Below, one piece after another: positions 12,699 to 25,194 of a DNA stretch of 64,000 bases. The first letter of the stretch is position 1; every line of letters begins with the position of its first letter. The notes under the pieces were generated by a model. The model was not told the origin of the DNA. It worked only from the letters and a program-made list of their open reading frames with translations, and did not search any database. The position numbers and the translations under genes are program-made. The DNA comes from Epiperipatus broadwayi (taxonomy: Eukaryota; Animalia; Onychophora), in assembly GCA_028023455.1 (NCBI GenBank), contig JAQFVV010000001.1:7006001-7070000 (forward strand), written 5' to 3'.

Positions 12699-13600
12699 GT
12701 ATCAGTCCCTTAAAACCATATCATGAATATCTTCACCACTTCGCATCTCATCATAAACAATAATTATTTCTTAATAATTATCCTACAGAAAACTCTTAGG
12801 CCTTCAAAAAAAAGCATAGAAGCATAATGCTCTTTGCAATTCACATCTTGAGTTCAGTTACCTTTTAAATTATAAAAACCTATTGCTGAACATATATAAA
12901 TTATGATAGAATGTATGGTGATATTAATTTCTACAGGCAATCTATTTTCTCTACTCAAAACGCTTCAATTACTTATTGAATTCCTTTTATGGTTAAATTA
13001 TAATTGAATATAATAAATGAGGAAAAGTGAATAAACAGATTATAAATAATAATAAAAACAGCTTTAGCAAAGTAACAAGTATTATATATATATACACACA
13101 CACACAAATACATACACATATATAAAGTAACAGAAACTCATTCATATGTATAACTAGCTTTATTTCAAAAAGATCCATTTTATAATTATTTAAGTATTGG
13201 GTACTCTAATAAATTTGTTAAAAGTATTTTATGTAATAGTAATAATATTTATAATGATATAAAGGATTAAGAAAAATATCCTTTTATTTTTTTTTTAAAT
13301 TGTTTTCTTATAAAATTGTATATAAAAATAATAATTTGTTTGGAAATAAAAAAATTTCTTGGAAAAGTTGGTATTACTTTGAATAATTTATTAAATAATA
13401 CAAAGGAAATTTTTGATAGAAAGACTATTCCTGGAGTATTGTACATTATCCCTTGATTTTGTAAGAAGGCATATATATAGGTCAGAGTAGTTTGAGCTTA
13501 AATGAAAGAATAAAGGTATATAAAAGTAGGGTTAGAAATAAATATCTTAGTTCTGCTTTATATAATTTAGACGATTCTTTTTTGAGAGAAATGAAATGAA

Positions 13601-13841
13601 AAGAATTAAGGAATCTTTAATATTAAAAATTCATGATTCTGAAGGAATTAACTTATTTAAAACTTCTTTTAATATTAAGGATATATGGAAAATAAGTGGA
13701 ATTGTTGGTAATGTTTAGTTTAAATGTGTTATTTTGTAGTTCTTTACATTTGAGAAGTCTGCTTGTAGCAGTGAACCATTGATAGTTTTTAGAGTTTATT
13801 TTTAGACTAGTCTGGTTGAGTTGTGAATTTGGGGTAATTTT
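13601..13841. repeat. Family D single arm
   Basis: Matches the reverse complement of ~1290-1535 (aagaattaaggaatcttta...gaatttggggtaatttt). Confidence 0.75.
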
Positions 13842-13964
13842 GATATACTTTAAAAATATAACTATAAACTATAATTTATACTTTAGAAATGCTTTTTAAA
13901 AATTATATATATTCATTAATTGATACTAATGCAAATAGAAATCTTAAATAATATAACTTCTTAC

Positions 13965-15112
13965 CTTTGTTTTATGAATTCAATTATTTTAATCACTGGA
14001 TTTTCTGGCCATTTAGAAGCTTGATTTTCGTATCCTTGATGATAAATTTGAAATAATTGAGGATCCTCTAAAAACATACTATATGCTTGACTACCTGTCC
14101 GAGTATAAAGCATTTCATTCAAATAACGAAATTTTGATGAGGTTAAATGGTTCAACATTCTTTCATGCAATGATGTAACAGATTTATTTTTAATATTTCC
14201 TTTTTTATTTATACTGTCATCATTATTATCCTCATAAATCACCTTTTGATGACTGTTAAATAATACATCATTTTTCTGTTTCTCATTTATTTTAGAACTG
14301 TAGCTGTGTTTATCAGTTTTATTTTTTTGTTTACCAGTTATAAATTTATAACTATTAAAATATTTATCTTTAGAATTAAAAACTTTTCTTAAAATATCAA
14401 CATTATATATACCACCTTTTCTTCCAGTGATATTATCTTTGTTACTATCAACTTCCAGATCTGAACTTGTATTTCTACTAGCTTTTTTTTCCTGCTTCCA
14501 TTGCTTCAAGTTAGTTTTCTTAATTTGTGAATTTGACATCTCATTATCATGAATTTGATTCATTGTTGTTTTAGTTTGTGAAAAATGTTGTTTTTCTTCA
14601 CTTTTATCCATTAAGGCCTCTTTCTTTTTATTGGATAAATGTTTATATTTATTTCTTTTATTGAATTTTCCTTTCTTTTTCTTAATATTTTCATCTATTT
14701 TTAAATCACATTTTTTATCAGGACTGTCCTCTTTTAATTCATTATTTGACATTTGCCTGAAGTTTTTAGAATTTGATTTATTTTCATCATTGATCAATTT
14801 TTCTGATGAACAATTTACTAATTTATTATAATGATTTACATTTTCTTCTGGTTCTTTAATTTCTTGCTTCTTTTTAGATTTACTATCAACATCACTACCC
14901 ACTTTTGTAATAGTCAGTTCATTACCAAATGTTTCGTTTTTTTTTATTTTTTTGTTTTTTTTCTGCATACGTTTCTTTAACCGTTTTCTATTTTTAAAAC
15001 TTCTGTCCTCATCAGAATCTTCATTGACTTTACTAAAATTTTGAATATTTTTATCAGAAGGCATTTGAAAAACTTGCTTTAAATGTTCAAGTGCTTTCAT
15101 TTCATATTCTTG
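13965..15112 (-). CDS. RRP8: RRP8 coding exon 2 (K/N-rich basic region plus start of the conserved domain)
   Basis: The 379-aa ORF ends in SLHERMLNHLTSSKFRYLNEMLYT...FLEDPQLFQIYHQGYENQASKWPENPV, typical of RRP8. Donor AG|gtaag at 13965/13964. Phase-0 acceptor ctaataaaccacag|CAA at 15112 is inferred. Confidence 0.92.
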
Positions 15113-17547
15113 CTGTGGTTTATTAGAAACATGAAGGAAACCATCAAATTTTTCAAATTCTTCAGAATGTACAGTTTTTCTAAATTTATCTTCCTATAAA
15201 ATAAACAAATATATATATAAACAACTTTCAATATCCAATCATTAGAGAATATATACAAATTAAAATTTGTTTTAAATAATAATTCAAACATGGAGAGAGG
15301 ATTTCCTGCCATTCGTGTTGATAAGTAGATTGTATTGTAACTAAATAATTTATTAAAATAAAAAAAGTATTTGTTTAGTGCTATCATAATCACATGATTT
15401 TTTTATTAATAATGTATTCTTTTCTGTTCAGGTAATTTATGAAAACATTAATTATATCCAAAATAATGGGTTCAGGACATTTCATTCACCAATAATGAAA
15501 GCCTTTTCATATTACAGTCATATTTTTGCTTTCACAGTCAACTATCAACATTCACAAGTTATATTAAAACTGTTTTATAAATATAAAAAAAAGACTACGA
15601 ACTGTAAAAAAAAAAAAAAAAATATTAGAAATACTTCATATCACCTAATTTTTTTTTAATTATATGATACATTAATATTACTGGTTATTCTATTAAAATG
15701 CAGATCATTCACCAAAACCAAATCTTCTCCAAGACTTTGACAGAATAGCTCATTTGGCCTTAAAATTCGATATTTAAGTTTCTATACCATGTTCTATTCC
15801 TCAAATATTCAGAATTATTATCTTCCTTTTTTGTAGTTCTTTTTTTATTCTCCACAATACTTTTCAGCATATATTTCATAATTCTCTTACTATGAAGTCC
15901 ATGCACAATCCAATTCCTTTCTTTTCATAATTTTTTTATTTAATAATCTTTTTTCATTCACTCTTTTCAACACTTCTACACTGTTAAATTTATTTTCCAA
16001 TTTTTCCTTTAGATTCTTTCAAATGTATATATCTTTAATACCTGCAATCTTTTCTCTTTTATTCTACCTTTAACATTTCTGTTCCATATAAAAAGGCATT
16101 ACAATGAAATTTTTAATGAGCTGCTTTCTTAAATCTAATTTCAATGGATCACAAAATAATCTTCCTCTTCCTTATTAAAAATCTATTTAGCCACAATAAT
16201 CTTGTTCTAATTTTTTTACTATTTAGTCATCAGTTAACCTGTTCTATAATTACTGCACCCACAGTAAAAAAATCCATTCTACATCAATCTACTCTAGAAT
16301 TGCCTATGTAAGCTTTTGCACAATATTAGTATAATGGTAAACTATTAGCTCTTCATTCAAATAAATATAAAATCTCAGTAACAAGTGTGTACATCTGACT
16401 CATATTCACATTCTTTACAGTCAAATAATCAATAAAAAGTTAAATGGGTAATCAGCAATTAGGATATAAGATTTAGTGATAAAGTCTCAAGTTTTTAAAA
16501 ACCTATATTATTCTTACTTTAAGCTTTTTTAATATTTTTTGTTATTGTTGTAAAGTGTTTTTTTTAAATGCTTTTCATAAAAGTATGCAGAAAATGAGTT
16601 CAATCTTTAAGAGAATTCTGCATTTTATGTATATAACAGAATTAATTATATAATTTTTGCATCAACTAATTGCTAATATATTCACTATCCAAACATTTCA
16701 ATTAATTTACCATTATCAAATTTATAAAACTTGAAACATGCTGGATTGAATTTTGCAAATGATAGTATATATTACCAAAATCACACTTTATAAGATAGTA
16801 TATATTACAATCAAAGATAAGAACAGACAATCATTTGATCCTTACAATATATGCATAAAATCTCTACTCACCAACTAAAAAAATAATTAAATACCCATTC
16901 ACCAATAACTGGATAACTTTGTCATGAGATGTCGACCTAAAAAAATCCCAAAGTTACTTGAAAAGGTACGACTATTTGAAGAAAAAAAAATCCAATGTTC
17001 TCTCAAACTTATGCCATGAGCATCATAATGGATACACCAATCACTATAGCATTACGCCTTTATTAATATTAGTATATTTTTCCATCATTTGATTTATACA
17101 AGTTTTTCCCAGCTATATTTGGCAATAAATGCGATTTAAACTAGTTAACTTTTATGATAGCCATTTAAATTAAGAAGAAATCAATTGCTATGAAAAGCAA
17201 AAATTGAAAGTGGTATGATTAAAAATAAATTGCAAATGAAGTTCTTATTATTGTTGTTTTCAAATAAAAATACCATGATCTTAAATACAATTTTATACCA
17301 TGATAAATAAATTTATCATGAATTTTAAAGCTAGCAATCGGATTACAGCAACCTTAAAAAATATTCACAACCACAGGCTTGCAATATTTGAATTTTTAAT
17401 GTAAAAAAATATTTTAAAAGTTAAATCACAAATCAAATATACAAATTCATAGTGCTTACTAATAAATAAACAATTTTAAATTATTAAAACTTAAGCTTTT
17501 TGTATAAAAATAGCTAGTATCTAAAAGTATTGACAAGAATTCTTTAC

Positions 17548-17640
17548 CAATATATTTTTCTTTTTAGTTTTTCCAAATAGTCTCTTATGTAGATCACAAT
17601 CAGAATTTTTTTCCCAATCATTTTGCAAGGATTTAAACAT
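17548..17640 (-). CDS. RRP8: Probable RRP8 coding exon 1
   Basis: ATG-initiated MFKSLQNDWEKNSDCDLHKRLFGKTKKKNIL|gtaaag, 31 codons, phase 0. The MF....W start resembles vertebrate RRP8; it joins exon 2 in frame and lies next to a CpG-retaining region. Confidence 0.65.
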
Positions 17641-17649
17641 CTTGCAGAG

Positions 17650-18250
17650 ATTTTTAAAAGCTTTCGCCTCGCTCAAATATGTTATTTCAAAAAATTATCA
17701 TCATGTGATTACAAATATATATTATTATTTTATGTAGTAATTCGGAAATCAAAAATGGAAAGAAAATATTTAGAGATCTTTTTTTCTACTATTAGTTATT
17801 AGATGTAAACACAAGTGAAAGACGACTTCTACTGGAAGCTGACATCTTGAATGAAAAATGCATTTCGGGGCAAAAATATTTTTCACTTCCTTTTAACATT
17901 CTTGTGACACGAGAGCAACGTCGAACTTTTTTTTAAAAATAAAGTAATAAATAGTTCGTTACTATTGTTAACATTTATATATGATAAAAATAAGATTGAA
18001 AGAATTCGTACTATTTCCTCTTTTTTTTATATAATTCTGCAAATAATTTATACTTTTAATTAGCATAAAATTCTTAATTATATATCGTCTGGAAGTGCTT
18101 AAGAAAATGGTAATACTAATGCAACTGTTGAGACCTAAAGGTGCTTAAATTACTCATGCGGATTGTCAGAAATGAATAATTAAAAGAAAATATCGTAATA
18201 TAGCACAAATTTTTGAAAGTAATATTTCTTTTAATGGGAAAATAGTACGC
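17650..18250 (-). promoter_or_regulatory. Putative RRP8 promoter / 5' UTR region
   Basis: Local cluster of CpG dinucleotides (tcgcctcgctc, cacgagagcaacgtcgaac) immediately upstream of the candidate start codon, in a CpG-poor background. Confidence 0.45.
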
Positions 18251-20606
18251 TATATAGATACAAATAGGTCAACTAGCTTGGCAAGCCAAACAAAATTCTA
18301 TGATCTTTAAAGATCAAGATTTATGCTTACTGCAAAATTATGGTAAACATTAAAAAATTACAATTTTCTTTTAGAAAAGGCTACATTATCATTTCTCATC
18401 AACAGTGCAGTCTTCAACTTTATATTATATAAAGAAGTTCAATTCTTAGACATCCCCCAACATACAACAGAAAGCTCACCACTTTTTTTTTTTGTTTATG
18501 TCTAGCAAGATTTTAAATAAATAGATCCACATGTAATATATTTGGAAATATTTATGATTGTTTTGTGCAGCCAATGGAAAATTAATTTTTAATTTATTTA
18601 ATTACTTCCCTTAATTTTTTTTTTTTTCTCTACTGAATCATAAATGGTTGCAAATAATGATATGTACCAGACCTGGAGTCGAAACTTTAATTGAATAAAA
18701 CAAGATTCAATATCTTAAAAGATCTGCAGAGCTTAGTCTTATTAAAAGTTAACTTACCATGATTAGATCTCAAGTTCAAACTAAATTTAGAGGCCATAAC
18801 ATTCTGTTAGGGTATTAAAGTTTACTAACACCACACTTTGATAATTATTTTTTAGTAAAAATATGCTATGAATATATCTATATATACTCAAATTGTTATA
18901 TAGATCTATCAAAAAAAAATTCTAACTATACATAATTAAATAATTTTTTAACAAAACTAGTCTGCTTATTTGGAAAGTACTGTGAATATATAAGCATTTC
19001 AATAAATAATTGTCTGTTAGGTTCTAAGCAGCTTCCAGTTCTGAATGTGAACTTTCATTACTACATTACCTGTTAGTTTGACAGTTGATGTCTCTGGAGA
19101 ATGTGTATTCTGTCATTCAACTATGTGACAGTTCTCTGGAGAACATGAATACTGCCATTTAATTATGTGAGTTATTTCTGATCTTACCTCCAAATGGATT
19201 GAGTATTTATTGCCAAATCCCCATCCATAATGAAAGTATTCAGATTCAATGAGCATCATCACCTATTGATCCATTCTTTCCATTGAATATATATTATCAA
19301 TCTGTATACACATTGATCCATGGCAGTGAATGCTCAATCCAATCTAAATAAAATGGAATCTGGACTAGTCCATTATTTGAAGGCAAGGTGAGATATGACA
19401 ATAATATTTAAACAAAATTTGAAAAAGCTTAGGATTTTTATTATGCTTGAAATATTAATTCCAATTTAAAATCTTTGTTGTAGTTGCCATTGTTTTAACT
19501 ACAATGATATCCTGTTTATGTATAGACTAGTGGAGCTATAGAATAAAATCTTCAAAACATAGTATTGAGAAATTCAAGTTCAGCAATTAGATAAAGTATT
19601 TGATTAACATTGTATAATATGTAAATATTCTAAAATCTATGCAAATATTCATCTGTCAATTAAGCAAACAGCTTCACAAAAATTATGTAAATCAACTAAT
19701 GTGTATTTAGAAAATTGAGATTTTATTAATATATTGTTAATATATTTTTTTTTAGTTAGTCATTGCTAACTTATATACTGAAAGCTTAATTATTTTACTA
19801 TTGTTCAATTTTTAATCATTACTATTATTGGCAACTTATCTGGAAAAATAGAAAAAAAAACAAAGTTAGAAATGAATTCTATGGTGACTACAAGCCAATC
19901 TGTATCCATAAATATAGCTATATACACTGTATATTTGTTTTTTAGTCTCTTTGGTGACTTATAATGCAGTTATTAAATATCTTCTACAGTAACTTTTTTC
20001 TGAAAATCAATATTCTAATTCTAAATCTGTTTTCTATTACCTTTAGAGAGTATGTGGGTTAACATTTATAATGTAAAAGGTCTTTTTCAAAAATTTTGCT
20101 TGAATTCATCATAAAATAATTTTTAGACAATTTGTTATACTTCATGTTACATGTCTAATCCAATAAAGATATGCTTTTTACTATTTTAAGTTCAAGTAAT
20201 TACTTATTATCTTTAAATAAAAATTTACCAGTACTTTTATATTACATCCATAAGATCTGTGTCTCACTTCCATAAAACAATTTAATAACAATGTTTATAT
20301 TACTATGATGAAGTAGCATACTTTTTAACATAATTTTACCCAGCGGCAAATTCGGAATGTCCACATTGCATCTCAAGATTTAAATTCATAATTCAATAAA
20401 AAAAATCTACCAAGTTATTCAAACCATTCTACATTCCCAAGCTGATAATCCTTTAAAGAAAAAGTTGTTAAAGTTTTTTGTCTGTCACTGCCTAATATAA
20501 CAACTTTTTTTTAGGTTATTAAACCAAAATCTCTAGAGGAAGCATTTAAAATATTCTATAGTATAACAGTCCGAAAGAAAGTGAATAGTTCCAGTCTTCC
20601 GTATCT

Positions 20607-20630
20607 GCACTAAAGGGCGCCATCTAGGCC
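20607..20630. promoter_or_regulatory. Overlapping CTCF-like motifs on opposite strands
   Basis: gcactaaagggcgc on plus and ggcctagatggcgc on minus share a central ggcgcc; both resemble CCACYAGRKGGCRS. Confidence 0.3.
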
Positions 20631-23600
20631 ATTTGAACCTAGAAAATTTATATAGTAGGCAGATACGTAAGTTAAAATTCCACTTTACATGTTTTATTCA
20701 GACCGTCAGCCCATGCCACTAGCTCAGTGGAACAGCAGAGATTTATATTATATATATTTTTATCTAAGAATATTTCAATATTAAAAAAATAATAGAAGCC
20801 ACAGCCAATAATAACACACAAACATTTATTTAAACATAAGATTTAAAATTATTTTAGTATCAGTTTTACATTTTAAAATTTAACTTACATTTTTACTTTG
20901 ATTTTAGATTTTAATTTACATTTTAACTTATAAGTTCGCACAGATGAAATTAATATTTATATTTAAGTGTCGAGTATGAATAGACTACATAGATTGCATT
21001 TGAAAAGAAAATATTCTATCCCTTATTTAACCTTAGGCCAAAAGTTCACAGTTAAACAACGTCAATTCATCTGATATATCTATGTATTCAATGTAGCACG
21101 AATACGACAGCACAAATATCATACTGTCAGGAATGTACATTTGAACAGCATGGTTAAGAGAAGAAATTGTTTCTCGCCCAAAACAGGAATGTGACATCTG
21201 TCCGGCAAGAAGAACAATTAAAAAAAAAACACCATAGGAAGGGACTGCGTTTCTGTCTTACTATCCCCTTCCATAGGCAAAACGGGAGTGTGCGGCGTAT
21301 AATTTGATTCTGCACGTAGCGAACCTCGTACTACATTTACTAATTACACCAATATATCCAATCCATTGACCTAATTCAACTACAAAATGAATAACCTAAG
21401 ATTACCCTCCCCTAATATAACTTCACAAATTTATATAGCCATTCACGCCCAACATAAGTTTAACATTTATATAAGCTATTTAAAAGAAGAAAAGAAATCA
21501 TAATAAAACTTAAAAGGAACAAAAAAAAAATGGAAATGATTTAAAAATATATATATATTCAATAAAATAATAAATAATTTAGTCAGATAGGAAATTCTTC
21601 TATTTAGAATATTGAAAAGTTTGGCACTTAGAGTTCTTTTTGTTTAGAAATGTTCATTAATTATATATTTCTTACTGTTTTGAAAAATGTCTGTAGTCTC
21701 TAATTTCTTGTAATGGAAGGTGTTAATTCCCATGAAGTCATGAGGAGATTGGTGTGCAGTTAACCATTGGTCCTTTATGGTTGATGGTATTCTTCCAGAC
21801 CTTGATGTCCTGTGGTCCGCATAATCGGAAAATGATGTTTCATTTTTTTTTTGAACAACTTGAAGGAATTGAAAGTGCGTATTTCAATCCCTTCTCCTCC
21901 AACCCTCTTCGACTTAACACATATCTGTCCTCTCTTAATAATCATTAATTCTTTTATTTCCAAACCTTTCCTTTTATATTAATTTTGCAGATTAACTCAA
22001 CATTACGTCATGATGATGATGACCCTTTCATTGAGGTCCGATTCCTGAGTGATTTCTTTTTATTTGCTATTAGTTTCTATTGTTTTCTCCTATCTGACCA
22101 TTGCTTATACATTTTGAAATGCCCAAGGGCTAGTTCACTTGGACTAATTAAAATAATCATTTCCATTTTTCAATAACATTAATTAATTTGTTTTCCAAAC
22201 TTAAAGATATATTTTTATCTCTAAATCTTTTTAAGTTTTCGTTGAAAATTTAGTTTTAAAACTTTTTCTTTTTTTTAATAAAGTTTCTTTTTTTAATTTC
22301 TCATCTGTGCGATTTTATATATATTAGAGTTTAGATGATATTTAATTTCAATTTTTAATTCTTAAAAAAAAAGAAGTTTTTATTTGCAAACTTTTCTTTT
22401 TTCATGTTTAATAAAAAAAATAATGTAATGGCGTATGTGCCCATTACAATAGTTATCTGGATTGACACATATCTGTATATCTTAACAGAAACCAAGGTAA
22501 TGAGTTTTTGTTTATAATACATTTTATTTTCAATCCACTATTATTATTTTTTACAGAGAAGCTGAAGCTATGCTATATTTAATTACATAGTTTCAATTAT
22601 ACACTATCCAAAGAAAAATATAAACAAATAAAAATATAAATAAATAAAAAACAATTAAGAGTCACAAATTTTTTGATATTTGAGCAGACATTATTTCTTC
22701 TCTGAGTATCTTACAGGATCATGTTTTTTAAAAAAAAGTAAAGTTGTAAACAAATTTTACAATATGCCAATAATTGTTTTTCTATCTTGGAGCACTATAT
22801 ATGATTATATATATTAATAAAATTTCTTTGATTTATTGTTGGAAGCACATACAATTTATTTTTCCTTTATTATTTTTACCAAATTTCCTGTTCAGTATTT
22901 TGCTTAATAAAATATTTTCTGAGCATAATACTAAAAGTTTTACAAAATTTTTGATCATATTAAAAGTCGATATTGATTTAAAAGCATCAACACAAATATA
23001 TTTCTAATTTCAAGTTAGCAACACTACTATTATGTTTCTATAAGAGAAAAAAGTAATTGAAAATATATATATATATTGCAGGGAATGTTAAGTAGGTTAG
23101 ATAAAAATGCCATTTAAAAAATTTTTAAATTTAGAGTCTTTTAAAAGCCATAGTTATAATTATATAAGTAAAAGGAATTGAACTTGATAAAAGAAGTCCA
23201 CAGATAGATTATAAAATGTTTCAAAATTATTTCAAGTTATAAAAGTAAAACATAAGAATGATGTAATTTATTATTTCACAAGAAGAGTAGATTTATATCT
23301 GCTATATTTAAAATATATAGATTTTTTTTTATTTATATAAGTATATATATACAAATAACAATACATTTCTCTTAAAAATAATATTGCTATACTTTTAAAT
23401 TTTTAATCAATAAAACCATTTAATACAAGCCTACATAAATTGTTTTATAGAAAAGTTTCACCACAACGCATCACCGTATTATTAATTAATAAGCATTGTA
23501 ATAAATGAATAGTTTAATAAGTCTAGTATAAATATTTAATAAAGTACTTAATATGTTGCAAATAATTTAAATTGTTTAATAATTCTTATTTAAAGTTATG

Positions 23601-24106
23601 AATAATATTATATAATGTTTACATGGGTCAATTTTATTCATTATGATATAATAAATAGAAAAATATATTCTAAATTATTTTATTATATTAAATATTTTAT
23701 AAAATGCATTTCAATTAATTATTTGGTTAATTATATTACAGACATAGTAAATAAAATTTTGTTATAGTATGTCTGGAAAGGTATCACGTGGCTGATAGGT
23801 GTGTGTGGATGCTTTCCAGGATTTGAAATAAAGTTTCAAATATTTTTAACATTGATGGTAAAATTGATACAGTCTGAACATTATAAATAAATTTAAAGAC
23901 AATATTTTAAATTAGTTTGTAAATAATATTTCAACTAGTAAAGTGAATAAAAATTGATACATTAAATTTAATATTTTATTAAGAATTGGTGTTTTATATT
24001 GTTTAAAATATATTATATTGCATGAGTAGAGTTATAAATATTTATTTAAAAATTAAATATTTCTATTTTTTTTTTTAACAGGAGGTGACTCATAATTTAA
24101 GGTTTA

Positions 24107-25194
24107 AACCACTAAACATCACATGATTACCATCTCTTATGCTAGCACATAACTGTTATTAAACAGGCAAAACTCTCCATACAGTAGTGCCACCCTGTGC
24201 CAACCAGAGTAACTATTGGATGCCAGAAGGCTTGTGCATAAAATCCCCATCTAGTGCCTACTCATTCAATATCCCCAGATTAGTTTCTGGTTTGTGTCCT
24301 TATCAGTGAGGAACCTTGGATCTGAGAGCACTGCACCTAGATCTTAGGATCTAATGTAAGTCTCCAGCAACCACCTTTTATCTCTACTTAACTACAAAAC
24401 TATGAGAATGAAATTGAAAACGCAATAATATTTTCAATAAAAGCTCAATAACTTATATAGTCATATGGGTCTGAACTCAGTTCAGCACCCATACATTTTG
24501 GTGACTTTGGCCCTTTAACAACCATAGCCAGCACTATCCTATTAGGCAGGATTGTGTTAAACTACTAAATATGACATGATCATCTCTTATGCTAGCACAT
24601 AACTGTTATGAAACAGGCAAAACTCTCCATACAATAGTGCCACCCTGTGTCAACCAGAGTAACCAAGTAGTGCCACCCTGTGTCAACCAGAGTAATCAAG
24701 TAGTGCCACCCTGTGCCAACCAGAGTAATCAATGGATGCCATAAGGCCTGTGCATAAAATCGCCATCTAGTGCCTACTCATCCAGTATCCCCAGCTGGCT
24801 TGTGGCCTTCATCATTGAGGAGCCTTGGATCTGAGAGCACTGCACCTAGATCTTAGGATCTAATGCAACCCTACAGCAGCCACCTTTTATCTCAACTACA
24901 AAACTATGAGAATGAAATTGAAAATATTATTGTGTTTTCAATTTCATTCTCATAGTTTTGTAGTTAAGTAGAGATAAAAGTTGGCTGCTGGAGGATTGCA
25001 TTAAATCCTAAGATCTAGGTGCAGTGCTCTCAGATCCAAGGCTCCTCAATGATGAAGGCCATAAGCCAGAAACTAATCTGGGGATATTGGATGAGTAGGC
25101 ACTAGATGGGGATTTTATGCACAAGCCTTCTGGAATTCATTGATTACTCTGGTTGGCACAGGGTGGCACTACTGTATGGAGAGTTTTGCCGGTT
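24107..25194 (-). mobile_element. Family A composite: two tandem monomers plus an inverted arm
   Basis: Monomers start at ~24107 and ~24557 with the same tail (aaac[c/t]actaaa...acatga...tcttatgctagcacataac). 24610-24924 pairs with 24935-25194 around a 10-nt loop. The whole block is flanked by taatttaaggttta (24093-24106, 25195-25208). Confidence 0.85.
24635..24733. repeat. 33-bp tandem triplication within family A monomer 2
   Basis: tagtgccaccctgtg[t/c]caaccagagtaa[c/t]caag starts at 24635, 24668 and 24701; single copy in the other family members. Confidence 0.9.

Noticed and set aside
14631-14831. Plus-strand hydrophobic ORF, and similar shadow ORFs such as 7541-7867 and 37120-37338
   Set aside because: These are antisense shadows of lysine-rich coding or TE sequence; most other short ORFs in the track are chance products of AT-rich DNA.
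15113-15179. Alternative RRP8 acceptor tttag at 15180-15181 extending the open frame
   Set aside because: It needs a phase-2 upstream intron, while the candidate exon 1 ends in phase 0. It cannot be fully excluded without RNA-seq.
20709-20740. tRNA gene suggested by TAGCTCAGTGG
   Set aside because: No B box, anticodon arm or acceptor stem follows; at most a SINE or tRNA fragment.
21235-21285. Hammerhead on the minus strand (GAAAC-GCA-GTC between ggaaggg and ccttcc)
   Set aside because: Only about 11 nt lie between stem I and GAAA, with no CUGANGA; treated as a plain hairpin.
24180-24260. CTCF sites carried by family A (gcacagggtggcac, gcactagatgggga)
   Set aside because: Only about 11/14 matches each, and one is replaced in the other subfamily; too weak without binding data.
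24635-24733. CRISPR-like array (33-bp repeats)
   Set aside because: The repeats are contiguous with no spacers, lie within a eukaryotic repeat element, and there are no cas genes.
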